DNA of 63,510 bases, counting the filler, from Choristocarpus tenellus KU-1152 (lineage: Eukaryota > Protista > Phaeophyceae): NCBI GenBank assembly GCA_964200185.2. It is 11 parts of 11 records of this genome, joined end to end, with 100 filler letters (N's around TTAATTAATTAA, not from the genome) between each part and the next. Parts side by side here need not be neighbours in the genome. Positions count along the whole stretch, not along the records: positions 14,389 to 18,887 come from CAXNAD020014275.1; positions 18,988 to 24,129 come from CAXNAD020011739.1; positions 24,230 to 29,061 come from CAXNAD020012894.1; 8 more parts are not named here. One strand, given 5' to 3'. How positions within the stretch are numbered: the stretch's first letter is position 1; each line of letters starts with the position of its first letter. Made by a program: the position numbers and the translations under genes. Below the pieces are notes generated by a model. It did no database searches, was not told the DNA's origin, and worked only from the letters and a program-made list of their open reading frames with translations. This document shows, piece after piece, positions 14,289-26,714 of the stretch.

Positions 14289-16109
14289 NNNNNNNNNNNN
14301 NNNNNNNNNNNNNNNNNNNNNNNNNNNNNNNNTTAATTAATTAANNNNNNNNNNNNNNNNNNNNNNNNNNNNNNNNNNNNNNNNNNNNCCCCCCGGATAC
14401 TTTGACCCTTGAACGAAGCGAAACCTATTCTAAACAAAATTGAGATACACGGAACATACATCAGTAATGCTGCCAGCATCCCCTATGCATAATCTCGAGG
14501 TCTTCCCTTCGTTAGATAGAGACCCTGAGGTCATGGCCAGGGTACAGGCGTTAGCAACCCTGTATACACAGTAAGATAGTCTGCACTCTTGATTGGGCTC
14601 AAGATCATGGAGAGAGACCTTGAAGCCATGATCATGATTGCAAATCGCTGGTGTGAACGTGAGTGAATGACCTCACCCATGGTCTCAAGGTCCGTTCTTC
14701 ACTGAGGGTGTGGTGTCTGAGCCACAGATATGATGATGCAGACCCTCTATCCCCAATTTGAGAGAGGTGGAGATTGAGATGGTGCCAGGGTGTCCCAAGG
14801 AGTGGACAAAACCATTGAGAATTACTCCATTACATCCCAAGGAGCCAACGACATTCCCATGTAGTGAGTTGAGTATCCTTCCCCCTATGGAAAGATAAGG
14901 TAGGACCGCCATGTTAGAAACGTTCCACAGCTTACCTAAATGGAATATATACCTCTAATCCACAAGCTTGTAGACTGGTGATGAGACTTGCAGGCGGCAC
15001 TTGTGATGTACGATAGCCTGTTAAACAGCATATATTATTGCTTTCAGACAATAGATAAAGGTGTAGTTATTCTCAACACAAGTGTACCGCACGTGTGTCA
15101 AACTGCGATGGTGGATAAGAGAGCCACGACCGTAATATGAAAGGTCGAGTCTTCAGAAGCCGTAGTATAACCGAAAAACTGTTTCTTCATTCTCAAGCTA
15201 CAGGTTTCACGTTGTAAGTATATAGGGAATGGAACATCCCCCTTGTGCGAGTTGGTGCGCATACTTCTTGCTTGCACTAGTTAGAGTGTTGCAGCCCATA
15301 TGTCTTGACGGCGGTTTCAAGGATGTCATTATGTCCTTAAAGTCCTAGATTTTATATATATGTACTTCTTGACCATTTGTTTACTATCTAGTCATTATCA
15401 TGCCCCCAGGTGGTGCATCGTTGCCTGTTCTTTCTTGCACAACGATGATATTGATACTTATAAAGGGAATAATCCAAGTGAGAGATCCAGCATATTTGAT
15501 GACTTGTGCATCAGGAGGCCTGTGCGTGCATCGGCGCCATCTATGGGCTTGTGGACTGGAGCTATACATCCCGTAGAGGTAAGCTATGGAGCGTGCTGAA
15601 ACAAGTGCACAAGGAGCAATACATATGCTGATCGCCTCTTGTCACCCGGGCTGAAGCCAGAAGAGTACCCACTACACTCTGGTAGAGTAGGAGGTGCGAT
15701 GAGAATGTTCAAGATGGTGGCACTGTAACTTGTAATACAAAGGGAAAGGAGATATATAGATGGAGATGAAGAGACGTCATAGTGTGTATGTGTGGGGCAA
15801 CCAGAAGGGTTCAGTGTGAATGTGGACAGAAATGATAGAAGGTGGTAGAGACTGAGTGCAACGTGGGTAAAAGGTAGTGCGAATAGGAACTTGGTAGGTT
15901 AAACATCTACTACACAATAGGGGGGTCAAGCTATGGCGGGGTAGATGTTTTCTGGTTCAAAGGCAAGGTATGGAAGGAGTGAATGTATATATATGGAGTG
16001 TTTATGGTGATTGTTTGTGGAGTGTTTTTGTAGGAATGATAACAATGTGGAGCGTCCTGGATGAAGGTTGGGCGTTTTGGAAGAATTCTCCAAGATCGGT
16101 TTGCATTGA

Positions 16110-16250
16110 GTGGTTAGAAATTTTTCCACATCAGTTTATGAATGGACATTTTTTGAGTGGATAATTAGGTGGAAAAATGTCTACATCGGTTTATGAATGG
16201 ACATACTATGAGTGGATAATTAGGTGGGAAATGGTCCACATCAGTTTCTA
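16110..16250. repeat. ~57-bp tandem repeat, ~2.5 units
   Basis: acatc.gtttatgaatggacat....gagtggataattaggtgg.aa is repeated. Confidence 0.8.
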
Positions 16251-17400
16251 GCTATATCTTAGAAACATTTTTTCTGGTACGTCTCACTAAAAATCTGCAG
16301 TGTCATTTTGACTTGCGTGACCTTGTCTACTGACAATTTAATCGAGTGAATTGAAATTCGTTATCCGATATAATTTTAACCGAAGACTCTTTCGTTTTAT
16401 CTTTCCCTTAACAAAACTAGAACAGGTTAAACTTAAAAAATATATAATCTATATTAAATCTGTAAGGTTTGGCTCTGGATTTTTTATAATCAATCAATTC
16501 GTTCTCAATATGGGGTTCGAACCAACGAAGTTCATGCAAGGAAAAGCCAGCAGTAATAAAAATATAGTAGAATTGAAGATCTGGATATGGATGAACGGAC
16601 GAAATATCTGTAAATAGTACGTAAGTGAATGGGGTCCAAGAAAGGTTTGAAATTGGGACGTTCGAGGAATGATTGCCACTGGTACGATTACTCCAAGAAA
16701 GTAGGAATACCGTTGATTTTGTCGTACAAGATGGTATCATCTCATTAATCACTCAATATTGTAATGGTCTATTTCTTTGTATTTGTCAGTCTATATATAT
16801 ATTTTCCTCTCATTATTATTTATATTCCCAAGATTTATTCCTTTGAAATATCTAGGATGTATTGATGTCTTGTGTTCTTTCTTTCAAGAAATATCATGAA
16901 TATATGTGCACAGAGTTTTCAGGACCATTCCATCATAAGTCGAACAAATTTGCCAAATCAATCAAATCAATTCATTATACTTATCCTATATCCTCGGTGC
17001 TTCCGCGACAAAAGAAGATATTCCAAAGATAATTCTGCGATATATCAGATTAGACGATTCAACTTATTCTAACAGCCATACATAGAACGAACAGCAGGAG
17101 AACCGAAAAAAAGGAATAATATAGTTGGAGTATCTGTGTTAGATAATCACCGAACCAACATGTTACAAGAAAAACGTTCTATAGTAAGGAAACTTTGAAG
17201 TATGAAGTTTTTGTAAGCAAGTTTTCTTACCGTAAAATACCATTTATATTTCACTTACCATAATAGCGTAACAGTACCAACTTTTGATAAATTCTATGAC
17301 AGATCTCCAAAATGTCAGAAGACGTATTATGTGGAAGCACCCAAGGTGCCAAATCCCCAAAAAGGAACCTGTCCCTGACAAATAATACATATAATATATT

Positions 17401-17782
17401 ACACTATCCACCTCCAATGGTGTACCTTCTGCCTCACCTGAGGCGTGAAAGCGCACCCACAACGAGGGTTCTTTTGACCCTCGTAGTTTTAACCTCAAGA
17501 CCACGGTTGATAGTTTTGGGCTCCTCGGTATGCAAGCAGAACGTTTTCTGGATGAGTTGGCTACGCACGCGGTAGGGGGGAGAAGCGTATGAGGCTACAC
17601 CAGGAAAGGAACTGTAAAATCCCGTTTACGGCCGATAGTGTCCGTCACAACACAAGTGACTCTATCAAAACATCTCATATGTTTTAAGCTGGAGACACCA
17701 GGGAGATGGGCAAGGAAGGACCTTTCAGATTCTTGGGATGCTTTTCCTTGCTCCTGACCCTGGGGGTAGGGCTAAGCTAGGG
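17401..17782 (+). mobile_element. CRE-like non-LTR retrotransposon 3' end (restriction-like endonuclease C-terminus)
   Basis: GSFDPRSFNLKTTVDSFGLLGMQAERFLDELATHAVGG...RKGTVKSRLRPIVSVTTQV, with a second copy at 26715-27110. Confidence 0.65.
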
Positions 17783-17949
17783 ACCCATTTCAGACGTTTC
17801 TTGTGTTAAGAAACACTATTATGAGATAAGAAAGGGTCATTGGTTTGTGTGAAAATATTATATTTGTATTGATTGTGTGAGGTGATTGCCTCGAATGAGT
17901 TCTTGGGGTCTCCTCGTATACGTTGAGTACTACTACATGTAGAAGACAT

Positions 17950-18640
17950 GAGCGATACTCAGAGGGTGTTGGTCTCCTGTGCAACTTTTGAACAATCTGT
18001 AAGTATTCATCTAACCCTCTGTAGTCCTTTAACCTGTCTAGTTTACAAAATAATCCAACTATATTATAACACCTCCAAAAGAAACATTGTGTCCGTCATC
18101 TTCAGCATTATATTACTGGCAGCTCTCCCTCTGTGTAGCAAGGAGGAATGCTCCTTTTCATTCCAGGCACGGTGTAGCTGCACTTGGCATGCATGAGGTG
18201 CTTCGAGAGTCCCCCCGTGTTTTCAACAGAATTGTGCTCACAATGATTCTTTGGAGTATAATGATGCATTCCCCACCCAGATTCTTAACTTAACACTTTA
18301 AAAGTGGACTGAAGTGCCATGGAGTCCTTCTGCTGCCACTCATGCACATCACGGATAGTGAGTCCTCCCAAAGCAGAAATTGACGTGTCAGATTTTAGTG
18401 TTATCACACCAATCTTTAGTCTGCCTTCTTTATTCTTTCCCGTTGCTCTCCACTGTGTTTCCTCCTTCCCTTTCTGTCCTTCTTACCTGTGGGTGCCTCC
18501 AAAGGGCAAAGAGGAACCACATCTTTCCCTTTGGGGGTAGATCTTCGACTTCCAATCCCCTGCCATGATACCCTCTTTTGTTACAGGCGAATAGCACGAG
18601 TATTTCTTTCTGGGTGTCAAAATGCCCGAACAGCAGACAT
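17950..18640 (-). mobile_element. More diverged IS630/Tc1-type transposase relic
   Basis: Frameshifted VKNLGGECII / PKNHCEHNSVENTGGLSKHLMHAKCSYTVPGMKRSIP parallels the 20477-20824 peptide. Confidence 0.6.
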
Positions 18641-19457
18641 ATGTAAGAATTCATGTAAGAGAAACTTTGAATTGATAGAACATGCAGAGTAAGATTCGAA
18701 ATGCATACATAATCTTACAGAATACATGTCAATTCCTGAAAGTTGCAGAAAATAAAGATTTATGATTGGAGTATTTACACAGCAGTTTGCAGACATCATT
18801 TAACTCTTTGGCTGTAGGAAAACGGTGAATGATGTTAATAAAAGGCTGTGTTGCTGACCACACACTCAGTTCTTTGGTCCTTACCCTNNNNNNNNNNNNN
18901 NNNNNNNNNNNNNNNNNNNNNNNNNNNNNNNTTAATTAATTAANNNNNNNNNNNNNNNNNNNNNNNNNNNNNNNNNNNNNNNNNNNNAAAATGTGAAGTT
19001 TTTGATGAACATGTGACACAACGTTTGTTTTTGATTTGATTTGTTTTTTTTGTTTTATGATTGTTTGAGAGTTAATACTTGTTTTCAGCAAGGGGAGGAT
19101 GTCGAATAACCTAGTGTTATCCTTACGTTGTTTGTGCTGACACAAGTATACAACATAGGTTATACGTACGTCTATATTTGGTTAGGTATGACACAGAATA
19201 CGTACGTATATAGAATATAATAAGTCAACATTAATCCACACGTCAGTGATGATGGATGGTTGACAGGCAATTAATAATTCAGTGTGTGCTTTACCATGTA
19301 ATTCAACAGCTAGCTTCCGGCAACGAGCCTCATGTGCGTCAAGCTTCTCAACACTCTGTGCCTGGAACCACAACCCTCCATCACCCTATCTCCCACCCTT
19401 GTCACACAACACGGCGTTGCTGATCTGTACGAGTACAGCATAAGGGAAGCTGTGCTT

Positions 19458-19965
19458 ACTTCATTCAAGTACGCACAACGTCATGGACATCGCTACTTAA
19501 AACATCAGCAATCGCTCCGTTCGCGTACGCAGACGACATGGACATCACTACATACAACCGCAGAGCAGTACCTACTTCGTTCGTGTACGAAGATCACACG
19601 GACATCACTACTTGCAACCGAAGAGTAGCACTTCGTTCATGTACGCAGACGTCATGGATATCACTCACAACAACCTCAACACTACCTCGTTCGTGCATGC
19701 AGACGACATAGATATTACTATCTACAACCTCACCGCTTGTTTCGTTCGTGTTCTCAGAGGACATGGACATAGCTGCCAACAACTGGACTCCAACCCAGCA
19801 CTTGATTTTTCCGTGTACCAAGGCGACATGGTCATCCCTGCCCACAACTCGACTCCACGCCAGAACTTCCTTTGTTCGTGTACGAAGATGACTTGGATAT
19901 CACCACCTACAAATTCAGATCTTACTTCATTCCTGTACGCAGATAACATGGGCATAGCTGGCTGT
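19458..19965 (+). repeat. Degenerate tandem array, ~9 units of 54-65 bp
   Basis: Recurring core ACTTCGTTCGTGTACGCAGACGACATGGACATCACT at about 19458, 19514, 19574, 19630, 19684, 19739, 19804, 19869 and 19924. Confidence 0.88.
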
Positions 19966-20139
19966 CACTTAACCCGCAACACCAACTAGCTGACGTTCTG
20001 AGCAAGACCATATCGCAAACACATTTCCAAGTTCTTCGATTTCTACCTCCTCTCCACACGTAGGAAATTGACTCTTAGCCACAGTGTTATATTTGTAGTC
20101 CTTCAGAATCGTTTTTATATTGTAAAGTGTTGGCAATCC

Positions 20140-20870
20140 GTTCCTCCATCAACATTCTCCTGTCATAACTTTTGATCAAGAATTTTTTTCATGAAAATTC
20201 GTTTGCTGTAATCGCATTATTTCGTTAACCATATTAGATGGGTCTTGGTTCGTCAACTTACAATAATCGTGAGAAATAAAGGACCATACTTAAATCAAGT
20301 AGTACGCGCGCACATTTCGCGTGGGGGTGCCAAGTGGCGCGCGCGAACCGCGCATTCAAGGATGATTTTGACGTCAGAAGAGGTCATCTTCATTTGGAGA
20401 ACATGGGCTTTGTTGTCTCTCCATTCTCTTTCCACTATTCCCCGTGTATGCGATGTTGTCACCAGCTGGCTAAGACTCACTCATGGAGGCCCAGGCCTCT
20501 GAACCAGACAATCCATGCCAAGTCAAATGAGGTATTCTGAAGGTGCAGGCCTCCTCTGAGACTTAAATGTCTTGTACACCCTGTCCAATTTGATGCACTT
20601 TCCATACCTTTCTCGTTGTAATATATCAGGGGGTAAGAAATGCTCAACCTGAAGAACCTCTCCACAACTACTCTATATAGCCCCCCTTCCTCCTTAAGGC
20701 TGACAGGAATATTGGCTCTCATTCCAGGCAACGTGTAGTCACAGTGACCTCGTACATAGTGCTTCGCCCGTCCCCAGACCATCTCTATCGGGTTCAATTT
20801 ATAGCGGTACTTTGGAAGCATCAAACTGTATCCTCCAAGACTCTCAACCAGAATCGTGTCCTGTGAGTGG
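20140..20870 (-). mobile_element. IS630/Tc1/mariner-type transposase C-terminal relic plus 3' flank
   Basis: SLGGYSLMLPKYRYKLNPIEMVWGRAKHYVRGHCDYT matches the LPK.HCELNPIE..WG motif that carries the third catalytic residue. Confidence 0.8.
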
Positions 20871-20915
20871 CTTAAAAAATATTAAGCCGAGGTTAGCCCA
20901 CGTACCGTTTTGGCG

Positions 20916-21214
20916 GACCAATCTTGTTTTTTTAAAACGGGTGGCCAACGAGTTAATTGACGATCAGCATATAAAATGAAAGCTCTGGATCTAGGCTATC
21001 GACTGATACAAAGGAATTATTTCGGAAGAATATTTTTGGTCGTGATAATTCACTCCGTAACATTTCCAAGGTTGTGCCGAAAACATTCGGTTAAAATTTA
21101 ACCTTTCCAAAATAATTTCCGAAAAAATCCATAGATTAGATCCACAGCTTTCATTTCATATGCTCATTGTTGTTTAACTCGTTGGCCAACCTTTCAAAAC
21201 AAACAAGATCGGTC
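20916..21214. repeat. Long imperfect inverted repeat (foldback, ~110-bp arms)
   Basis: 20916-21030 pairs with 21103-21214 (tggccaacgagtta...gcatataaaatgaaagct vs agctttcatttcatatgc...taactcgttggcca). Confidence 0.85.
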
Positions 21215-22689
21215 TGATCCTAGAAGCAACTGCCAGCACTACATTTACTACAGACATTTATACATGTTTTGTGTTTTTTTCTTCCTGCAAGTATTAGAGT
21301 TTTTTTTTTCATGGATTCAACTTCCCATTTCTCTCGTTCTTCTCTAGTTCCCCTCTCTTTTCAACTGTCTTCTCTTTCGTTCAACATCCTTGATATATTT
21401 TTGCTCGCAGCCGTACGTCACACTCCTTCACCAGTGTTCCACTTCTTTCAGTTGAGGGAGGGTGTTAAAACATAGGCTACTCATTTGTTTTTCCCTTGAT
21501 ACAATACAATTCCTCCAGTCAATACTGACTGTTCATTGGTCCGTTATGCACTGGTCATTTCTGTCACTAATTCATCATCACCACACCAATTTCCATCAGA
21601 ACACCACAGTACATAACAGTTACTCTCATTCTACAGAGAGGAATAGTACTTGAGTTGCATCACATATTGATTTAAGCTTGTTCTTTTGCTCTGTTTCCCC
21701 TTTTTTTTTCTCTCTTTCTTCTTCTTACCACCTGTAGATGACAGTTGTACGTTAATTGTTGATTATTATTTCTTCCTTGGTTGTCATTAACCCCTCATAA
21801 TGCACCAAGCTCACTCCGCAATAAGTGTACCTGATGCACACATGGATGTTATATATTTAGAGTTAAACCATCCACGGGAACCCTTGTCTGCTAAGGTAAC
21901 AAACCTCTCCACAGAGCATGGACTTCTTTCGTTGAGTATCTCATGAAAGAACGTTAAGTTTGCATCACATTATTCTTGACTGAGCGATGACCTTAGATAT
22001 AACAGAATAATTTCCTCCTTGAAGAACTCTGTCCTGACGTACACCCAATGGTCCACTATCCCCCAGGACTACAACATTTGCCTGTACCACATTTCAGGGA
22101 ATGGCGCATTCATTAATAAAATAATGTGCTAATGCCACAATTTCTATTTCTGTTTTATTTGGTTCAAAACATATGGCAGGCTCATATTTCCATTTCTGTG
22201 GTACTCACGCCCACACCCTCTATTTGGTTCACTTCTGCATGCATCGAGCGATATGAAAAAAACAGAATCAGCTATACAGCTCTGCCCTGACCATATATAC
22301 ACCTTGCGCACATCACTGTGGTGCACGCCATCAGCTTCAAAGCTCCACTGACAATCTTGGAGGCAGTCCCTCCACATGTTGCACATACTTGGACATATCG
22401 CAAAGTATTCCGATATCACTTTGACGAACTCTCTCCTTACTTACACCCCCTGGTATATTATCCTACAGCACTATAGCATTTGCATGTAGCAGTGCCATTA
22501 TTTTGACAGGAAGAATCATTTTTAACCAGTAACACAATTCGTTAATATGTCGCGATTATCTTTCCTATAGAATTATATGCTTGGTCCACAATATTCTTTT
22601 TTTTGCTCCCACGCGTCGATTTTCAGTGGTACTCATACTCACTCATACCTGTTATAATAGTTGACCTTTACATGAATTGAACAATTGTT

Positions 22690-23600
22690 ACAGGCGATAT
22701 GATCCAGAGCATAGATAGGGGGAGCTGCCCAGGAGGCGTCTTGTACAGAAGGCTAATGGTTTGCAACGAGACCTAGGTGGGGTGGAATAGATTCCTGAGA
22801 CCCGAGTGCGATACTGTCAATGTATTCCAGCAATTCATCATTGATGTGGCAAATGTGGAGAACATGCACATGGTGTGTGAGGGCTGAGACGGAGCTCAAA
22901 AGTACTGAATTTGGGAATGTACTGGATGAACACAATATAAAGTGTGAGTATAATGTGTCTGGAACTCTTCAACTCAACAAAAAGATGGAGAGTCAAAGCA
23001 TTTAAGAGGGTAGGGCTGCGTCCGTTAGGGTCATAAATCCAATGTTGCAAATTTGATGAATTTTGGTTATCGAGTTCGTTCGCAAATGTCAATATCCCTG
23101 CTCCGGACACACCTTTCATAGTCGTATACATTTTAGGTGACTGTGTTCACATAGAAAACATAAAAAGGCATAAAAAAACTGTGGGAGGCCAAGCCCCAAA
23201 CGGACAAACAAGGTGAAACCTCCTACCCTCTCAAATGCTTTGGGTCCAAACAGACCATTGCACTGATTGTGTGGAGAAAGTGTTGGGGGCGTAATGCAGG
23301 TAGCTGGTCCGGGGAATCACCTAGGATTGTAGCTGAGGCTCACAATATGGCTAACACCCTTACTCCCCATCTATTGATCGCCACTGTAAGTCCCCATATT
23401 TTGATTGGTGAAAAGGGGCTTTGATGTTTGACAAAGGAGAAGTCCAAATTGGACAACTGCAGATGAGGCCTGGCGAGATTCTACTCGGGAATTTATGCTA
23501 TATCCTTTGGTAGCAGGCAGTGCAAGAGAGTTGGATATGGAGACAGGGGGGTTAAATGAGAAATTGGACATTGGCATTGGTGATGTGGATCTGTCGCAAA
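22690..23600 (+). mobile_element. Copia-type integrase relic, split by a MITE
   Basis: CVRAETELKSTEFGNVLDEHNIKCEYNVSGTLQLNKKME aligns with the rve core R.DNGGEF.S.EF...L.EHGI..E....TPQ.NG..E. After the MITE it continues IVAEAHNMA and KSPY. Confidence 0.6.
22990..23246 (+). mobile_element. MITE family A (diverged), inserted in a Copia integrase relic
   Basis: Both TIRs are recognisable and the internal core is shared with the other copies. Confidence 0.8.
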
Positions 23601-25021
23601 ACGCTCCGCAATCCTACCATGATGGGATATGATGTTCCAATCCTCAACCCTATAGGCGAATGATGAGCCTCACAGATGACTCCAGAATGGAAACATCATC
23701 AAATATGCTGATCTCTCACTTTGATTATTCACTATGTTGCTTTGACGGGTGCATTAGCATGCTTGACCGATATACAATACAATGAATAGATAAAAATAGT
23801 CAAAGAAATACAATAAACTAAATCTCTGACTTCAAGCTCATAATGTCGTCTATATGAAACCATCATTAAGTTGCATTGCCAATGACGCATCCAATGTCTC
23901 AGGAGGAGAGTATGAAAAGTATGTTACTGCAACATGTGGATCCCAACGGTGACCCTCCTCCTGAACTAGTCAAACCATTTGAGCATAAATTAAAGAGATG
24001 CGAGAGGACAGTGATGGGTTTGGTTGTGGGTGAGAAAACAATATTTCTTTCTCCAGGACCTAGGACGATGTGGAATGTAATGGAGGGTCAAAGTATCTGG
24101 GGGGGGGGGTGTCGGCGTCCGTTTTTCACNNNNNNNNNNNNNNNNNNNNNNNNNNNNNNNNNNNNNNNNNNNNTTAATTAATTAANNNNNNNNNNNNNNN
24201 NNNNNNNNNNNNNNNNNNNNNNNNNNNNNACAATAAACAGGACACAACAGACAACAGTGAGAGTTTCTCGTTTGCCGGCACGCTTTGCATGCTGACTTGT
24301 CTTTAATATATGTATGTATATCCTCCACCACTGCATAGTCGGGTGATTTAAGCTCCTCCCCCTTTTGTTCCCCCCCTACCACGCACATGCAGTCGCCTTT
24401 TTGAGTACAACAAGCCGCTGAGTGTGTTGGGGAGATAGATGATGAAATATCACACAAAAGAAAAGAAAATTACATCGATGTATGGCGTCGAGCGCACGTA
24501 CCTATATATGGATGGGAGCAACTGTCATGGTGTTTTTAGGCAGCAGGCGGTCTTGGGCAGAGAGAAGGTCTAGGAGTGAATTGAATTCGAAGCCGGGCGT
24601 ACGATGTTTGAGTTTCGAGCGATCCGTCAAACCAGCCTGAAATCCATGTTCTGGAAAATACCTGTATTCTGGTTATTATGAAATACAAAATTAGATTATA
24701 TTCGTAATTTCAATAAATAAAAATATAAACCACAAACTAAATTGATCTAATACGTTTGAAATGTTCCGAAACGAAAAGGTCATCAAAAACTGATGCTCTC
24801 TATTTGTTTTAAATATGAAGTCGTATACTGTTCGATATTCATATTTTTTGGAACACAATTATCAACGGAAAGAGAAGTTTGAGTTTCTTGGGTACCGACG
24901 GACCAGATGAAATAAAGCAGCACCTCCCAGCCCTCACTCCTCGTTTCCATTCCTTCCCTTCCGCACATACCACCAGCAGATCTTTCTTATCTATCCCTGT
25001 CACACCTTCCCAATCTTCGCC

Positions 25022-25450
25022 ATGTCCAACATTCGCTCAACAAAGACCCCCTCGTGCGCCAATGGCACTGCCCACGGATCGAGAGCGTCGGACAGCAATG
25101 CCAAGGGCATGTCCTCGCTCCTCGAGCAGCACTACCTCAGCATGTACAAGATGAAACTCGGCAACATCACGTGCACGGAGATGTTGCGGCCCCTGAGCGA
25201 GTGTGGCCTTGCACGCGTCAGCAAGTCTATCCGTGAAAAGGGCTGGCTCGAGCAGTTTGCTCCGTCCGTCGTCATTCAACGAGACTGCTTAGGCAACGGG
25301 GACCAGCTCACTGCTGACACCGCCCTTGCCGTTCAAGGATGCACACTGGACGGAAACCATGTAATAACGGTGTTGAAGAGAGAGTTTGATCACGAACGCG
25401 CTTTCAATTCAAGCAAGCAAGCCAATGCAGGGCATACATGTACACAATGA
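25022..25450 (+). CDS. ParB/sulfiredoxin-like domain ORF, probably truncated
   Basis: The 142-aa ORF starts in a gccATG context and is visibly GC/CpG-richer than its flanks. Motif LRPLS..GL.RV..SI.EKGW...P.VV...LDGNH[V] resembles the ParB/Srx core R...L..SI...G...P..V...DG.HR. Confidence 0.6.
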   Translation: MSNIRSTKTPSCANGTAHGSRASDSNAKGMSSLLEQHYLSMYKMKLGNITCTEMLRPLSECGLARVSKSIREKGWLEQFAPSVVIQRDCLGNGDQLTADTALAVQGCTLDGNHVITVLKREFDHERAFNSSKQANAGHTCTQ

Positions 25451-26164
25451 TCAAACGAAATCGTTGCCGCCCCTCACCCACTGTCCTACTATCACATTCA
25501 TTGGGATGGATTCCCATTCGTAGCGGGGCCTTCCAAAAGTGCCACAACTTAAAAAAAAAACATACGTGCACTTTCCGCACACCAATCTGCATCTCGCTCA
25601 TCGTCAATAAAAAGCTCCATCCTCGATTTTGATGATCGGCTGTTATTTGCTCTGTAATGTCTGTCGTTCAAAAAATGCTCGAACATGTTCATATGTGGGA
25701 CAAATCAAATTCGGTTTGTGGCGTACAAATCAATTTCTGACAAACCACTCATAAATCTGAGTTACGCACATTGGCACACATACACACAAAATCAAGGATT
25801 TAGGAGTTAATTGTAGATAGATAATGTAGATAATTTGTACCCATCCATACTTCTGAGAGTGGTCTGGGACCAATCTTCCAACAACATGATGAAATGTCGA
25901 CAAATCAACACACTGCGATTTGTACAACTTCTGTTCACAAGGGCAAATCATTGTCGAGGAATTCAAATTAACGCATTTGTATCATAGAACCCTTTGTACA
26001 TGTTAGACAAATAGGAGAGTAGTACATTATCATTTTTATTACATAATTACAATTATTGTCATCGTCGTAAGAAGATTGGTACACTATTATTTCCCACTAA
26101 ACTGTTCTTTCTAACATAAGATTTGTACACAGTTGTTCTTTCGTATTAGATCACAACTTAAGAT

Positions 26165-26330
26165 TCATAATGCCGAGATGAGTAATCAGAACCTTGTGAG
26201 GTACTCTGTGAAGATTATAGGCTTTTGGTGCAGATTTTGTGAGTTTTAGTTCAGGATGCAAAAGAGAACACAACCTTTACAAAAGGGTCAAACCATCGAT
26301 CAATGTTCTGTGCGCACACTTCATCGTTGG
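26165..26330. repeat. Dispersed repeat, second copy at ~28040-28170
   Basis: atgccgagatgag..agaacctt and ttttagttcaggatgcaaaa..caacctttaca..agggtcaaa are shared. Also, 26538-26612 resembles 27117-27193. Confidence 0.75.
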
Positions 26331-26714
26331 TCCTTCGTAGAAAATCAAAACTTAAGGTTTGTATACGATGATTCTTTCATACGACAAGCGAAGACTGCAC
26401 AGATCACCGATGCACAATTATCTTCTCTACACATGTAAGTAGGAACAAATAATTTATACATGTTGCTAAAATGGTGGGTGACATCTACAAATAATGTGTA
26501 CAACATGGTATCCAACAAGGTTATATGTACAAATCAGGATTTATACATATATTATTATGCCCTCTGATATTTTGTAGATGTGTCAGGGGAAAAGCCAATT
26601 CAATATCATAAGAACTCCCGTAAAAGTAACAGTTGCCGTAAATGTGAAAGATACCTCTGTAAAATCTATTTACTATTTTCCACTCCTATGCTACACTACT
26701 CCCCTCCAATGCCT

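Noticed and set aside
16417-17050. UGA-recoded or mitochondrial-code gene
   Set aside because: The frame also contains TAG, and TGA readily arises from CGA/TGG decay. Host genes here use TGA as a stop.
19458-19965. CRISPR array (conserved core plus variable linkers)
   Set aside because: Linkers are short and related to each other in pairs (units 2/3, 4/5, 6/7), the cores are degenerate, there are no cas genes, and the context is eukaryotic.
13465-21214. Fanzor/TnpB cargo or omega-RNA beside the IS630-like relics
   Set aside because: No RuvC-like motifs (D.G, E, D.D.NA) or CxxC finger are visible near any relic.
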